From contig JAYNHF010000004.1 of the NCBI GenBank assembly GCA_038107695.1, positions 8,576 through 72,575 of the forward strand: 64,000 nt of DNA. Reading direction: 5' to 3'. The notes below the pieces were generated by a model, which was not told the origin of the DNA, made no database searches, and saw only the letters and a program-made list of their open reading frames with translations. Within the stretch, counting starts at the first letter, position 1, and every line of letters begins with the position of its first letter. Shown here one piece after another: positions 1 through 10,811 of this stretch. The position numbers and the translations under genes are program-made. Origin of the DNA: Flavobacteriaceae bacterium (GTDB lineage: Bacteria; Bacteroidota; Bacteroidia; Flavobacteriales; Flavobacteriaceae).

Positions 1-63
1 TCACAACCCTCAGTGGTCGGCGCCAAAAGCCCTTGTAGAATTATTCAAAAAAATAGAAAAACA

Positions 64-1527
64 ATGAAAACCAAATCACTAGGCCTTGTGCTTGCCCTCA
101 TTTTTTGTGCCTGTCAGTCTCCTGTACCAGCCGATCTAAGTCCCAATAAAGTAATCCCTAGCCCGATATTGGTTGAATATCAACAAATGGAATTAATCGG
201 TTTCATTCATTTTACGGTCAACACTTTCACAGACAAAGAATGGGGTTATGGTGACGAAAGTCCAGAAATTTTTAATCCAAGTGAATTGAATGTTGAGCAA
301 TGGGTGCAAACTGCCAAAGCTGCTGGGATGAAACAATTGATTCTAACCGCCAAACACCACGATGGTTTTTGCCTTTGGCCCAGTCGATACACCGAACACA
401 GTGTCAAAAACAGTCCTTACAAAGATGGCAAGGGGGATGTAGTAGATGAATTCGTTACCGCCTGCAAAAAATATGGACTCAAAGCTGGTCTTTATCTTTC
501 TCCTTGGGACAGAAACCACAAGGACTACGGCACTCCCGCCTACATTACTTATTACAAAAAACAATTGGAGGAGTTACTCACCCAATACGGAGAAATCAAT
601 GAGATTTGGTTTGATGGAGCCAACGGTGGGGACGGCTACTACGGCGGTGCCAACGAAATCAGAAAAATCGATCGGGACACTTACTACGGCTGGGAAGACA
701 TCATTGCTTTTGTCAAAAACCTTCAACCCAATATTAAAATATTTTCCGATGCTGGACCTGATGTCCACTGGATTGGCAATGAAAAAGGATTTGCAGGGAG
801 TACTTTTTGGTCCACCATCAATACAGACAACTTGACCATAGGAGCCTCCAAAACCGATTATCTCAACTCTGGTGATCCCGAAGGCACCCAGTGGATTGTT
901 GGGCAATGCGATGTTTCGATTCGTCCAGGATGGTTTTACCATGCCGATCAAGACAGCTTGGTCAAAAGCCCACAACAACTTGCCGATATTTATTATAAAT
1001 CGGTAGGACGAAACGCCTTGTTGTTACTCAACTTACCTCCAGACAAAAGGGGAATCATCCATGAAAATGATGTCAAGGCCCTTAAAGAATTCAGAAGTAT
1101 AATCGATGCCTCTTTTGCTACAAACCTAGTGAAAGGACAAACCGCATCTGCCAATAATTATCGATTAAAGCATTCCAAATTTGATCCACAAAATGTTCTA
1201 GATGGAGATACTACTACCTACTGGTCAACCGATGACGGTATTTCTCCTGCAACATTGGAAATTGAATTGAACAAAAAAACCATTTTCGACCGCATCCTCT
1301 TGCAAGAACCCATTCACTTGGGGCAACGCATCAGTCAATTCGAAATTGATGTAATGAAAAATAAGGATTGGGTAAACATTGCCAAAGCAACTACCATTGG
1401 CTACAAAAGAATTCTAAGAATTCCAGAAGTCAATACCCATAAACTTCGAATACGGATAAAAGAAGCCAATAATACTGTAGCTTTGTCTAATGTAGCGCTT
1501 TACAAGTCCTCACCCAGAGAAAAATAA
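64..1527 (+). CDS. alpha-L-fucosidase (GH29) with C-terminal F5/8 type C (discoidin-like) module; probable lipoprotein
   Basis: ORF track 13..1527. The internal ATG at 64 gives MKTKSLGLVLALIFCAC, a signal peptide with a lipobox Cys. GH29 hallmarks are 'AKHHDGFCLWPS', 'YLSPWD' and 'IWFDGA'. The C-terminal 'NVLDGDTTTYWST' is typical of discoidin/CBM32-like domains. Confidence 0.85.
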   Translation: MKTKSLGLVLALIFCACQSPVPADLSPNKVIPSPILVEYQQMELIGFIHFTVNTFTDKEWGYGDESPEIFNPSELNVEQWVQTAKAAGMKQLILTAKHHDGFCLWPSRYTEHSVKNSPYKDGKGDVVDEFVTACKKYGLKAGLYLSPWDRNHKDYGTPAYITYYKKQLEELLTQYGEINEIWFDGANGGDGYYGGANEIRKIDRDTYYGWEDIIAFVKNLQPNIKIFSDAGPDVHWIGNEKGFAGSTFWSTINTDNLTIGASKTDYLNSGDPEGTQWIVGQCDVSIRPGWFYHADQDSLVKSPQQLADIYYKSVGRNALLLLNLPPDKRGIIHENDVKALKEFRSIIDASFATNLVKGQTASANNYRLKHSKFDPQNVLDGDTTTYWSTDDGISPATLEIELNKKTIFDRILLQEPIHLGQRISQFEIDVMKNKDWVNIAKATTIGYKRILRIPEVNTHKLRIRIKEANNTVALSNVALYKSSPREK

Positions 1528-1540
1528 GAAACAAAAAAAT

Positions 1541-3628
1541 ATGAAAATCAAAACCAAACTAGTACTACTACTATCAACATTATTCCTTACCCTTTCATGT
1601 GAACCACAAAATCAATTTGGTGACTTCAAGCTTCTGCCCCATCCTCAGGAGTGGAAAATATCGGGAAACAGTCAGCTTGATGCCAATGACTTAAAATCTT
1701 ACTTTAGTCCTTCGGGGAATGACCTCCCTCCAGGAAGTAACTTTTTAAACGAAGTAACCGCCGCGAAAAGTCAAGAGCAAGCACAGTTGATTTATGTGAT
1801 TGATGAATCACTTGACATCAAAACAGAAGGCTATCTTATGGATATTACCTCCCATCAGGTGCAAATTACTGCAAAAGATCAAGCAGGTTTGATTTACGGA
1901 TTGGCCACCTTGGAACAACTGATGGAAGATGCCCAAGAACAAAAGGTCAAACTTCCACTTTGCCACATCAAAGACTATCCTCTAATTCCTTACCGGGCCA
2001 TTCATTGGGACATCAAACACCACCGAGAGACCTTAGAATATTACTACACCCTTATCGATAAACTCAAAAAATACAAAATCAACGCTGTCATTGCCGAGGT
2101 GGAGGACAAGATCAAGTACAAACGTCAACCATTGGTTGGCTCATCAGATGCTTTGACGATAGAAGAATGGCAAAAATTAAGTGAGTACGCAATAGAACGG
2201 AATATCTCCATCTCCCCACTGGTTCAAGGTTTGGGTCACGCCTCATTTGTTCTCAAACACGAAAAATACAAATCCTTGAGGGATGATCCCCAAAGCGATT
2301 GGGCGTTTGATCCGCTCAATCCCGATACCTACGAGGTGCAATACGATCTTTATCGCGACGCAATGGAGGCATTCCCCCACGGAAAATATTTGCATGTAGG
2401 TGGTGATGAGGTTAAAACTACGGGAAGAAAAAGCGGAAAATCACCCTTAGAGCTGCAATTGATCTGGTTGAATAAAGTCTGTCAATTCGCCGATGAAGCA
2501 GGAAGAACCCCCATCTTTTGGGATGATATGCCCCTAAAACAAACAGGGGTTTACCGCCCAATGTTCAGACCTAAGATGAGCAAAGCAAAAGTGGACAGCG
2601 TTTGGAGTGCCAACCAGCAAAAATTGAAAGCGGTTTTGCCACAATTTCCAAAAAACTGTGTTTACATGCGTTGGAATTACCACAGCCCAGAGGCATATGG
2701 TAACACTAAAACCATGCAATGGTTTAAAGAAAATGGATTGAAGGTCATGGGAGCAACCGCTGGTCAAACCCGATGGGTATTGATGCCTCAGAGGGAAAGT
2801 AATATGAAAAACATACGTTCTTTTGCCCTGTCCACCATTGAAACAGGACTCAATGGACTGTTATTGACACTGTGGGATGACGATTCTCCCCATTTCGAAT
2901 TGTATCATCGAGGGATTATTGCTTTTGCCAACGATACTTGGTCTGGAGATCAACTGAGCATAAGTGAATTAAAGAAGGCTTACCGACAAAGAGAATTTTC
3001 ACAAAGGGTATCGGATGATCAATTTGCTTTTATCGATTCATTGGAGCAACCTGTCAGTCAATGGAAAAACATTTTGCTAAAAGGCAACAAAAGGAATTAC
3101 CTGATGGAAATGGAAAAGCCCGAAGAAGAGGGTCTGATTGGATTACCAGATCCAGCAGAGCCTGGACAATGGACCATCGATCATCTAGATCGGATCGCTC
3201 AAGCAGAAAAAATGATCGAAAGCTCAAAACGAATTGGCCAAAAAATTCAACAGATGCAAAAGTTGAGTCAGCGTAATGCATACACTCTTGAGGTATATCA
3301 AAGGGTCAATGAAATCGTACAATTGACTCCCAAAATTTTATTGGCCTTAAAACAATTTGATCATGCCGCCAATACTGAAGAACGCATCATAGAAAAAGCA
3401 AAAATCATTCAATTAAGAAAAGATTTTTACAATCTCAAAGATGAGGTTGAAAAAACTTATGCTAAAACCAGGGTGATATTCAAACCACAGGATTATCTGT
3501 TGGATCAAGATCACCACCACCATTTGGCCAACCAAACACATACCCTCGATTGGCAGTTTTACCCAGAAATGTTGATGTTTGATAAAATCAACAAAGAACT
3601 GCAGTGGGTAAAGAAAAAAATCGACTGA
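1541..3628 (+). CDS. GH20 family beta-N-acetylhexosaminidase-like glycoside hydrolase; probable lipoprotein
   Basis: Signal/lipobox 'LSTLFLTLSC'. The GH20 catalytic-region motif 'LHVGGDEV' (Asp-Glu pair) and 'TLWDDD' are present. A C-terminal extension of about 200 aa looks helical. It starts 13 nt after the fucosidase stop. Confidence 0.75.
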   Translation: MKIKTKLVLLLSTLFLTLSCEPQNQFGDFKLLPHPQEWKISGNSQLDANDLKSYFSPSGNDLPPGSNFLNEVTAAKSQEQAQLIYVIDESLDIKTEGYLMDITSHQVQITAKDQAGLIYGLATLEQLMEDAQEQKVKLPLCHIKDYPLIPYRAIHWDIKHHRETLEYYYTLIDKLKKYKINAVIAEVEDKIKYKRQPLVGSSDALTIEEWQKLSEYAIERNISISPLVQGLGHASFVLKHEKYKSLRDDPQSDWAFDPLNPDTYEVQYDLYRDAMEAFPHGKYLHVGGDEVKTTGRKSGKSPLELQLIWLNKVCQFADEAGRTPIFWDDMPLKQTGVYRPMFRPKMSKAKVDSVWSANQQKLKAVLPQFPKNCVYMRWNYHSPEAYGNTKTMQWFKENGLKVMGATAGQTRWVLMPQRESNMKNIRSFALSTIETGLNGLLLTLWDDDSPHFELYHRGIIAFANDTWSGDQLSISELKKAYRQREFSQRVSDDQFAFIDSLEQPVSQWKNILLKGNKRNYLMEMEKPEEEGLIGLPDPAEPGQWTIDHLDRIAQAEKMIESSKRIGQKIQQMQKLSQRNAYTLEVYQRVNEIVQLTPKILLALKQFDHAANTEERIIEKAKIIQLRKDFYNLKDEVEKTYAKTRVIFKPQDYLLDQDHHHHLANQTHTLDWQFYPEMLMFDKINKELQWVKKKID

Positions 3629-3666
3629 TGTTTGAATCAGGCAATCTAGTGTTATAAAAAATTATC

Positions 3667-5262
3667 GTGATACAATCCTATAAAAAAAAGTTTAAGGTCG
3701 AAGATAACTATGACACCATAGTCATTGGTTCGGGAATTGGTGGATTGACCACCGCTGCTTTTTTAGCCAAAGAAGGTCAAAAAGTTTTGGTGTTGGAACG
3801 ACACTACACCGCGGGAGGATTTACTCATGTCTTTAAAAGGAAAGGATATGAGTGGGATGTTGGAATTCATTACATTGGAGAAGTACAACGTCCCAATAGC
3901 GCCATCAAGAAAATTTTTGATTACATCAGTAATCAGAAATTAAAATGGGCCGATATGGGAAGGGTGTATGACCGCATTATAATTGGAGAAAAAGAATACG
4001 AACTGGTCAAGGGAGTCGAGGAATTCAAAAAAAAACTCTATTCTTATTTTCCCGAGGAAAAATCAGCCATTGATCAATATGTTGATCTGGTTTTTGCGAC
4101 AGTAAAATCAATGGGGGCTTTTTACAGTGCAAAAGCCCTTCCTCCATTTCTTTCTCGATTATTGGGTGGTAGAATGAGGAAAAAATATTTGGAATATGCC
4201 CGAAAAACTACCCATGAAGTGCTACAATCCATAACACAAAATCAAGTTCTGATCAAAGTACTGACTGGGCAATACGGAGATTATGGGCTACCGCCCAAAC
4301 AAAGCAGCTTTGCAATGCATGCCTCTGTGGTAAAACATTACTTCAATGGAGGTAGTTTTCCCGTGGGTGGATCCTCTCAAATTGTAAAGACCATTGATCC
4401 AGTAATTGAAAAGTCTAATGGTACCATTTTGATTAATGCCGAAGTGAGTCAAGTCCTGATTCAAAATAATAAAGCAATTGGAGTACAAATGACCGATGGA
4501 AAAAAATTCCTTGCCAAAAATATTGTCAGTAGTACTGGAATTTTCAATACCTATGAAAAACTCATTCCATCAGCGATATCCAAAAAACACAAATTGGATA
4601 AACAATTAAAAAAAATCAATCCATCTGTGGCCCATGCCTGTTTGTATGTTGGATTAAAAGAAAGTCCGAAAAAACTAAAATTACCAAAAAACAACTTGTG
4701 GATTTATCCTGAAAAAGGAGATCACGACACCATAGTCGCTCGTTATTTGGAAGATCCCACGTCTGACTTCCCAGTAGTATATGTTTCTTTTCCTGCTGCA
4801 AAAGACCCGAGTTGGACCGATCGATACCCCAATCGCAGTACCATAGACATCATCACGCTTTTACCATTCGACCTGGTTGAAGAGTGGGAAGGAACACAAT
4901 GGATGAAAAGGGGGAAAAAATACGAGAGGTTGAAGGCTGAAATGTCAGAAAGATTACTAGAGGTACTCTTTAAACACTTGCCCCAACTGAGAGGAAAGAT
5001 TGATCATTATGAACTTTCTACTCCCCTAACAACCCAAAACTTTGTGAATTACAAAAAGGGTGAAATCTATGGAATTGACCACAAGCCAGAAAGGTTTGAA
5101 CAAAAATTTCTTCAGCCTCGTACTTCCATCAAAAACTTTTATCTCACTGGGCAAGACATCGTCACTGCTGGTGTGGGAGGAGCAATGTTTGCGGGAGTGG
5201 TTACTGCCTCAGCCATGGCTGGTAAAAACTTAATCAAAAAAGTTTACCGCTCCAAAAGCTAA
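3667..5262 (+). CDS. NAD(P)/FAD-dependent oxidoreductase, phytoene desaturase (CrtI)/retinol saturase-like family
   Basis: N-terminal dinucleotide-binding motif 'DTIVIGSGIGGLTTAAFLAKEGQKVLVLERH'. The 531-aa length and C-terminal 'LTGQDIVTAGVGGA' fit the CrtI-like family. GTG start per the ORF track. Confidence 0.7.
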   Translation: MIQSYKKKFKVEDNYDTIVIGSGIGGLTTAAFLAKEGQKVLVLERHYTAGGFTHVFKRKGYEWDVGIHYIGEVQRPNSAIKKIFDYISNQKLKWADMGRVYDRIIIGEKEYELVKGVEEFKKKLYSYFPEEKSAIDQYVDLVFATVKSMGAFYSAKALPPFLSRLLGGRMRKKYLEYARKTTHEVLQSITQNQVLIKVLTGQYGDYGLPPKQSSFAMHASVVKHYFNGGSFPVGGSSQIVKTIDPVIEKSNGTILINAEVSQVLIQNNKAIGVQMTDGKKFLAKNIVSSTGIFNTYEKLIPSAISKKHKLDKQLKKINPSVAHACLYVGLKESPKKLKLPKNNLWIYPEKGDHDTIVARYLEDPTSDFPVVYVSFPAAKDPSWTDRYPNRSTIDIITLLPFDLVEEWEGTQWMKRGKKYERLKAEMSERLLEVLFKHLPQLRGKIDHYELSTPLTTQNFVNYKKGEIYGIDHKPERFEQKFLQPRTSIKNFYLTGQDIVTAGVGGAMFAGVVTASAMAGKNLIKKVYRSKS

Positions 5263-5271
5263 AAAAAACAG

Positions 5272-6900
5272 TTACAAGATGTAATCCGAGGAAACGAAAT
5301 TGGATTCGTTAGAATTCAATAGCGATTCAAGAATTTCGTTGTTGTAGGGATTGTCTTTCGAAGCCACGAAACTTCTAATGGAGAAAGATCTCAAAGCATC
5401 GAAAACACTAAGCGTACTCACTGCTGAATTTTTCCTACCGGTGAAAGGATAAACATCTGGTCCTCTTTGACAGGCGCTGTTAAGATTCACACGACAGACC
5501 AAATTGGCCAATATATCGATGAGTGGTCCGATTTTGCGTACATCTCTTCCAAACAGACTAACCTGCTGACCGTAGTCTGATACTGCCATAGCGTCCAGAG
5601 GCTCATTAATATCTTTGTAGGGAATGATAGGAATTACTGGACCGAACTGTTCCTCATGGTAAAGGTTCATGGAATCATCTACAGGATACACTACTGCAGG
5701 ATAGGAGTAATTTTCAGACATCTGCCCACCTTTTTCGTTCATAACCTTTGCACCTTTAGAAGTAGCATCGTCAATGAGATCTTTGATGTACTGAGGTTTA
5801 TTGGGTTCGGGAAGTGGAGTCAAAAAGACATCTTTTTCCCATGGCAATCCGTATTTCAATCCATCGACAGCTTCGGAGAATTTTTTGTTGAATTCATCGA
5901 TAATCGACTCATGCACGTAAAGTACTTTTAGGGCGGTACAACGTTGACCGTTGTATGATAAGGTACCTGAAATACATTCCTTAACTGTATGATCCAAATC
6001 AGCATCAGGCAATACAACTCCAGGATTTTTGGCTTCCAATCCCAGTACCAATCGCAGTCTGTTTTTGTTGGGGTGTTCATCTTGCAAAGCCACGGCTGAG
6101 GAACTGTGTCCGATCAACGCCAAAACATCGACATGACCTGTTTTCATGATGGGTTGAGCAATTTTTCTTCCCCTACCAAAAAGGATATTTACCACTCCAG
6201 GAGGAAAACATTCTTGAAATGCCTTAAGTAAAGGAGTGATCAATAATACTCCGTGTTTTGCAGGCTTAAATACTGCTGTATTTCCCATCACAATGGCAGG
6301 AATCAATAAACAGAATGTTTCGTTTAGAGGATAATTGTAGGGACCCAAACACAGAACCACTCCCAAGGGACTTCTACGAATGTGTGCATGAATGCCTCCT
6401 TCTTTTTCAAACTTGGCACTCTTTTGGTCTAATTTTTTATAGGCTTCTACTGTGTCGTAGATATAGTCAACGGTTCGGTCGAATTCCTTCTGTGAGTCGT
6501 TTAAGGTCTTGCCAATTTCCCACATGAGTAGTTTGACAATTTCCTCACGGTGTAATTTCATCTTTTCGGCAAAACGCTCCAAACAATTCAGCCGCTCCCT
6601 TACACGCATGGTAGGCCATTGTCCCTTTCCTCTATCAAAAGCTCTTTTGGCAGATTCTAGGGCCTGAAGCGCAGGCTCAGATTCCATATCGGGAACGGAT
6701 CCCAAAAGTGTAGGAGCCATTTCTCCATTTTGGTTTTCTGTTCGAATGGTGGAGTAGACATTGGCCATATTGCCATTCCATGTTTTTAACTCCCCATCAA
6801 TGAGGTATTTATTGAAATTGGTGATGTCGGGTCTGAATTCCTCTGGAATATCTTTAAAATTCAAGAGGGAGGAGGAGGATTGAGTCAAAACGTTGCTCAT
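5272..6900 (-). CDS. aldehyde dehydrogenase family protein, non-phosphorylating GAPDH (GapN)-like
   Basis: ALDH catalytic Cys motif 'NGQRCTALK', 'FKPAKHG' and '[10 protein letters not shown]'. The C-terminal '[15 protein letters not shown]' resembles GapN 'QRGTDNFPFLGAKKS'. An atypical 'LGLEAKN' replaces 'LELGGK'. Confidence 0.7.
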   Translation of the reverse strand: MSNVLTQSSSSLLNFKDIPEEFRPDITNFNKYLIDGELKTWNGNMANVYSTIRTENQNGEMAPTLLGSVPDMESEPALQALESAKRAFDRGKGQWPTMRVRERLNCLERFAEKMKLHREEIVKLLMWEIGKTLNDSQKEFDRTVDYIYDTVEAYKKLDQKSAKFEKEGGIHAHIRRSPLGVVLCLGPYNYPLNETFCLLIPAIVMGNTAVFKPAKHGVLLITPLLKAFQECFPPGVVNILFGRGRKIAQPIMKTGHVDVLALIGHSSSAVALQDEHPNKNRLRLVLGLEAKNPGVVLPDADLDHTVKECISGTLSYNGQRCTALKVLYVHESIIDEFNKKFSEAVDGLKYGLPWEKDVFLTPLPEPNKPQYIKDLIDDATSKGAKVMNEKGGQMSENYSYPAVVYPVDDSMNLYHEEQFGPVIPIIPYKDINEPLDAMAVSDYGQQVSLFGRDVRKIGPLIDILANLVCRVNLNSACQRGPDVYPFTGRKNSAVSTLSVFDALRSFSIRSFVASKDNPYNNEILESLLNSNESNFVSSDYIL

Positions 6901-7040
6901 TAGGTTGGTTTTGTTTTATATTTCTCATACAAAGTTAAACAATTTTTAACAGTTAAGGATAGGGAAATTACATTAGCCCGATGTCCTTAACTAAAAATTA
7001 ACTTTGCTAGGTGGTATCGCTTGATATTAAAATATCTTTT

Positions 7041-8516
7041 TTAAACGATTTTTTTCATGGCAGTCATGGATTCCCTCAAGTCATAACCGATGATTTCAAC
7101 AGGATGGAAACGAATGATTTCATTGACATCAATGAGCTGACGATTGTCCACTCCATTGCCTTTGTCTTCTGCGAAAGATTTTCCGATTACATCGGTATCG
7201 ATATCTTTCATAAAGTCAACTAAAAGAGGTTTGGCGGCGTGATCAAACAAATAGCATCCGTATTCTGCGGTATCTGAAATGACACGGTTCATTTCATACA
7301 ATTTTTTACGAGCAATGGTATTGGCGATAAGAGGAGTTTCGTGAAGAGATTCATAGTAGGCTGACTCTTCTTTAATTCCAGAGGCCACCATTGTATCAAA
7401 AGCCAATTCAACTCCGGCACGAACAAATGCTACCATCAAAACTCCATGGTCAAAGAATTCTTGTTCGGTAATCTCTTGTTCAGTGATGGTTGTTTTTTCG
7501 AAAGCGGTTTCTCCTGTAGCAGCTCTCCATTCCAGTAGATTTTTATCATCATTTGCCCAATCTTCCATCATGGTTTTGGAAAAGTGACCCGACATAATGT
7601 CATCCATGTGTTTTTGAAACAGTGGTGTCAGAATTTCCTTGAGATTCTCTGAAAGCTCAAACGCTTTAATTTTAGCTGGATTAGACAACCGATCCATCAT
7701 GTTGGTGATTCCACCGTGCTTGAGTGCTTCGGTGATGGTTTCCCAACCGTACTGAATCAGTTTTGCTGCATAAGCAGGATCAATACCTTTTTCTACCATT
7801 TTATCAAAGCTGAGAATGGAACCCGTTTGCAATACCCCGCATAAAATGGTTTGCTCACCCATCAAATCTGACTTGACCTCTGCCACAAAAGAAGATTCCA
7901 ATACTCCTGCACGATGACCTCCGGTAGCAACCGCGTAGGCCTTTGCATACTCCAACCCATGGCCTTGAGGATCATTTTCGGGGTGAACCGCAATCAATGT
8001 TGGAACTCCAAATCCTCTCAAGTACTCTTCTCTAACTTCCGATCCAGGACACTTGGGAGCTACCATTATTACGGTCAAATCTTTTCGGATGGTCATCCCC
8101 TCCTCTACTATGTTAAAACCGTGAGAATAGGAGAGTGTAGCACCATTTTTCATAAGTGGAACAACAGCTTCGATGACAGAACTGTGATTCTTATCTGGAG
8201 TCAGGTTGATGACCACATCGGCAGTAGGAACCATATCTTCATAATTTCCGACTTTAAAACCATTATCAACCGCATTCTGATAGGAAGCCCTTTTTTGGTC
8301 AATGGCACCTTGACGTAGTGTGTAGCTGATGTCCAATCCAGAATCACGCATATTCAAACCTTGGTTGAGTCCTTGAGCTCCGCAACCTACGATCACAATT
8401 TTTTTTCCTTTTAAGGCGTCTACACCTTGGTCAAACTCTGACTGATCCATAAAACGGCATTGTCCAAGTTGATCTAATTTTTCTGCTAATGAAAGTTGGT
8501 TAAAATAATTGGCCAT
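7041..8516 (-). CDS. ilvC: ketol-acid reductoisomerase, class II (long form)
   Basis: N-terminus '[23 protein letters not shown]' closely resembles E. coli IlvC. NADPH motif '[17 protein letters not shown]'. The 491-aa length fits class II. It is the last gene of the ilv cluster. Confidence 0.93.
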   Translation of the reverse strand: MANYFNQLSLAEKLDQLGQCRFMDQSEFDQGVDALKGKKIVIVGCGAQGLNQGLNMRDSGLDISYTLRQGAIDQKRASYQNAVDNGFKVGNYEDMVPTADVVINLTPDKNHSSVIEAVVPLMKNGATLSYSHGFNIVEEGMTIRKDLTVIMVAPKCPGSEVREEYLRGFGVPTLIAVHPENDPQGHGLEYAKAYAVATGGHRAGVLESSFVAEVKSDLMGEQTILCGVLQTGSILSFDKMVEKGIDPAYAAKLIQYGWETITEALKHGGITNMMDRLSNPAKIKAFELSENLKEILTPLFQKHMDDIMSGHFSKTMMEDWANDDKNLLEWRAATGETAFEKTTITEQEITEQEFFDHGVLMVAFVRAGVELAFDTMVASGIKEESAYYESLHETPLIANTIARKKLYEMNRVISDTAEYGCYLFDHAAKPLLVDFMKDIDTDVIGKSFAEDKGNGVDNRQLIDVNEIIRFHPVEIIGYDLRESMTAMKKIV

Positions 8517-8534
8517 TGTAATTCTTAATTTGTA

Positions 8535-9062
8535 TTAGTTATCTGATTTAAATTTTTTTAGTATTTCACTGATGCCCATTTTGGACTTGGTAACTGAGAT
8601 TCTGCCAGATCTGACAAACTGTAGTAATCCAAAGGGAGCAAGGTCTTGTTGCAATCGGTCGGTTTCATTGCGGAATCCAGTCTTTTCAATGACGAAATAA
8701 TCTGGAGAAACCGTTACAATGTTCGCATGACTTTCTTTAATAATGTTTTGGATGTGTCTTTCCTCAAACAAAGCACTAGATTTCACCTTGTAAAGTGCAC
8801 TTTCTTGGAAAATGGTCTCCTCATCGGTATGATAATAAGCTTTGATCACATCTACTTGTTTTTCAATCTGCTGTATGAGTTTTTTTACATTCTCTTCAGG
8901 AACTTTAACAATAATGATAAATCTAAAGACATTTTTTATCTCAGACTGTGATGTCGTCAAACTCTCGATATTGATGTGGCGTTTTAAAAAAATAGCAGAA
9001 ATGCGATTCAACAACCCCACATTGTTTTCGGAATAAATAGAAATGGTAAAAGTTTTCTCCAT
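8535..9062 (-). CDS. ilvN: acetolactate synthase small (regulatory) subunit
   Basis: 175 aa. N-terminal ACT-domain pattern 'ISIYSENNVGLLNRISAIFLKRHINIESL'. It lies directly downstream of the large subunit. Confidence 0.85.
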   Translation of the reverse strand: MEKTFTISIYSENNVGLLNRISAIFLKRHINIESLTTSQSEIKNVFRFIIIVKVPEENVKKLIQQIEKQVDVIKAYYHTDEETIFQESALYKVKSSALFEERHIQNIIKESHANIVTVSPDYFVIEKTGFRNETDRLQQDLAPFGLLQFVRSGRISVTKSKMGISEILKKFKSDN

Positions 9063-9073
9063 TGTTGTTTCAG

Positions 9074-10807
9074 TTATTTAAGACGGATATCAGACACGGA
9101 TGCACCAGTGGGAATCATGGGGAAAACGTTATCTTCTTTTTCCACGCAAACTTCGAGGAAATAGGGTTTTTCTGAAGCGATCATCTCAGCCACAGCAGCA
9201 TCTAAATCTTGTCTTTTGTCCACTTTTTTGGCGTCCAAATGATATCCCTTGGCGATGGTTACAAAATCAGGGTTTACCATTTCTGTAGAGGCATAGCGTT
9301 TGTCAAAAAACAACTGCTGCCATTGTCTCACCATACCTAGAAACTCATTGTTGAGGACCACTATTTTTACAGCGGCTTGGGTTTGAAAAATGGTTCCCAA
9401 TTCCTGTATGGTCATTTGGTAACCTCCATCGCCAATCACAGCGACAACCTCTCTTTCGGGGGTTCCCATTTTTGCACCCAATGCAGCGGGTAAGGCAAAA
9501 CCCATGGTTCCCAGACCACCAGAAGTAACATTGCTTCTCGAGCGAACAAAATCGGTGTACCTACAAGCTACCATTTGGTGTTGTCCAACATCGGTAACCA
9601 ATACAGCATCCCCTTGGGTGTGTTTGTTGATCGACATGATGACCTCCCCCATGGTGAGCCCTTCTTTTTGCGGACGCAAATCTTTGTCGATTACCTGCTC
9701 CACTTCAACTTTCATCAAATCTTCGAAACGTTTCATCCATTGGTTGTGGGATTTCTTCTGAATCAGTGGAAATAGTGCCTCTAAACTTTTTTTGCAATCT
9801 CCCAAAACGGGAACATCGGTCATTACATTTTTATTGATTTCGGCAGGATCAATTTCAAGATGAATGATTTTGGCCTGTTTGGCATAAGTTTTCAAATCGC
9901 CTGTTACACGGTCGTCAAAACGCATCCCCACGGCTATGAGCAAATCGCATTCATTGGTCAATAAATTGGGGCCGTAATTTCCGTGCATTCCTACCATTCC
10001 AACGTTGAGTGGGTGAGCAGTAGGCAAAGCGGAGAGTCCCAAAATAGTCCATGCTGCAGGAATACCAGATTTTTCTACAAATGCTCTAAATTCCTCCTCA
10101 GCATCTCCTAATATGACTCCTTGACCCCAAACAATAAAGGGTCTTTTGGCTTGATTAATCAACTCAGCGGCTTGGGTTATGGCATGGGTATCCAATGCTG
10201 GAACTGGTTTGTAACTTCTTACACCAGTACATTTTTGATAAGCAAAGTCAAAAGTATCAAACTGAGCATCTTTGGTAATGTCAATCAGGACAGGTCCTGG
10301 TCTTCCCGATCTTGCAATGAAAAAAGCCTTGGCAAAAATTTCGGGAATTTCGGATGCCTTGGTGATTTGGTAATTCCACTTGGTCACGGGTGTGGAGATT
10401 CCAATGATGTCCGTTTCTTGGAAAGCGTCTGAGCCCAAAAGATGAGAACCCACTTGCCCTGTGATACAAACCATAGGAGTAGAATCGATCTGAGCATCAG
10501 CGATTCCAGTTACAAGATTGGTGGCACCTGGTCCAGAAGTAGCAATTGCTACACCTACCTTACCAGAAGTTCGTGCATAACCTTGAGCGGCATGAGTTGC
10601 TCCTTGTTCGTGACGGGTCAACACATGAGTAAGTTGATCTTGAAATTTGTACAATTCGTCGTATACTGGCATGATCGCCCCACCAGGGTAACCGTATATC
10701 AAATCCACGTTTTCAGCCAACAAACAACGGATGACTGCTTCTGCACCCGTTATTTTGATACGTTCACCTTCTATTGCTTGCAAGGCAATTTGATCTTTTG
10801 TTTTCAT
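9074..10807 (-). CDS. ilvB: acetolactate synthase large (catalytic) subunit, biosynthetic type
   Basis: ThDP enzyme motifs 'GYPGGAIMPVYD', 'ATSGPGATNLVTGIADA' and the ThDP-binding 'IGDGGYQMTIQEL...NN'. 577 aa. Confidence 0.92.
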   Translation of the reverse strand: MKTKDQIALQAIEGERIKITGAEAVIRCLLAENVDLIYGYPGGAIMPVYDELYKFQDQLTHVLTRHEQGATHAAQGYARTSGKVGVAIATSGPGATNLVTGIADAQIDSTPMVCITGQVGSHLLGSDAFQETDIIGISTPVTKWNYQITKASEIPEIFAKAFFIARSGRPGPVLIDITKDAQFDTFDFAYQKCTGVRSYKPVPALDTHAITQAAELINQAKRPFIVWGQGVILGDAEEEFRAFVEKSGIPAAWTILGLSALPTAHPLNVGMVGMHGNYGPNLLTNECDLLIAVGMRFDDRVTGDLKTYAKQAKIIHLEIDPAEINKNVMTDVPVLGDCKKSLEALFPLIQKKSHNQWMKRFEDLMKVEVEQVIDKDLRPQKEGLTMGEVIMSINKHTQGDAVLVTDVGQHQMVACRYTDFVRSRSNVTSGGLGTMGFALPAALGAKMGTPEREVVAVIGDGGYQMTIQELGTIFQTQAAVKIVVLNNEFLGMVRQWQQLFFDKRYASTEMVNPDFVTIAKGYHLDAKKVDKRQDLDAAVAEMIASEKPYFLEVCVEKEDNVFPMIPTGASVSDIRLK

Positions 10808-10811
10808 CTTA

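Noticed and set aside
13-63. GTG-initiated 17-codon extension of the fucosidase ORF
   Set aside because: The ATG at 64 yields a canonical signal peptide and lipobox. The extension is basic and unstructured and is probably not translated.
6952-6991. 8-bp inverted repeat GTTAAGGA ... TCCTTAAC between ilvC and the GapN-like gene
   Set aside because: The 24-nt loop, the AT-rich stem and the absence of a T-run on either strand make it unconvincing as a terminator. It could be fortuitous.
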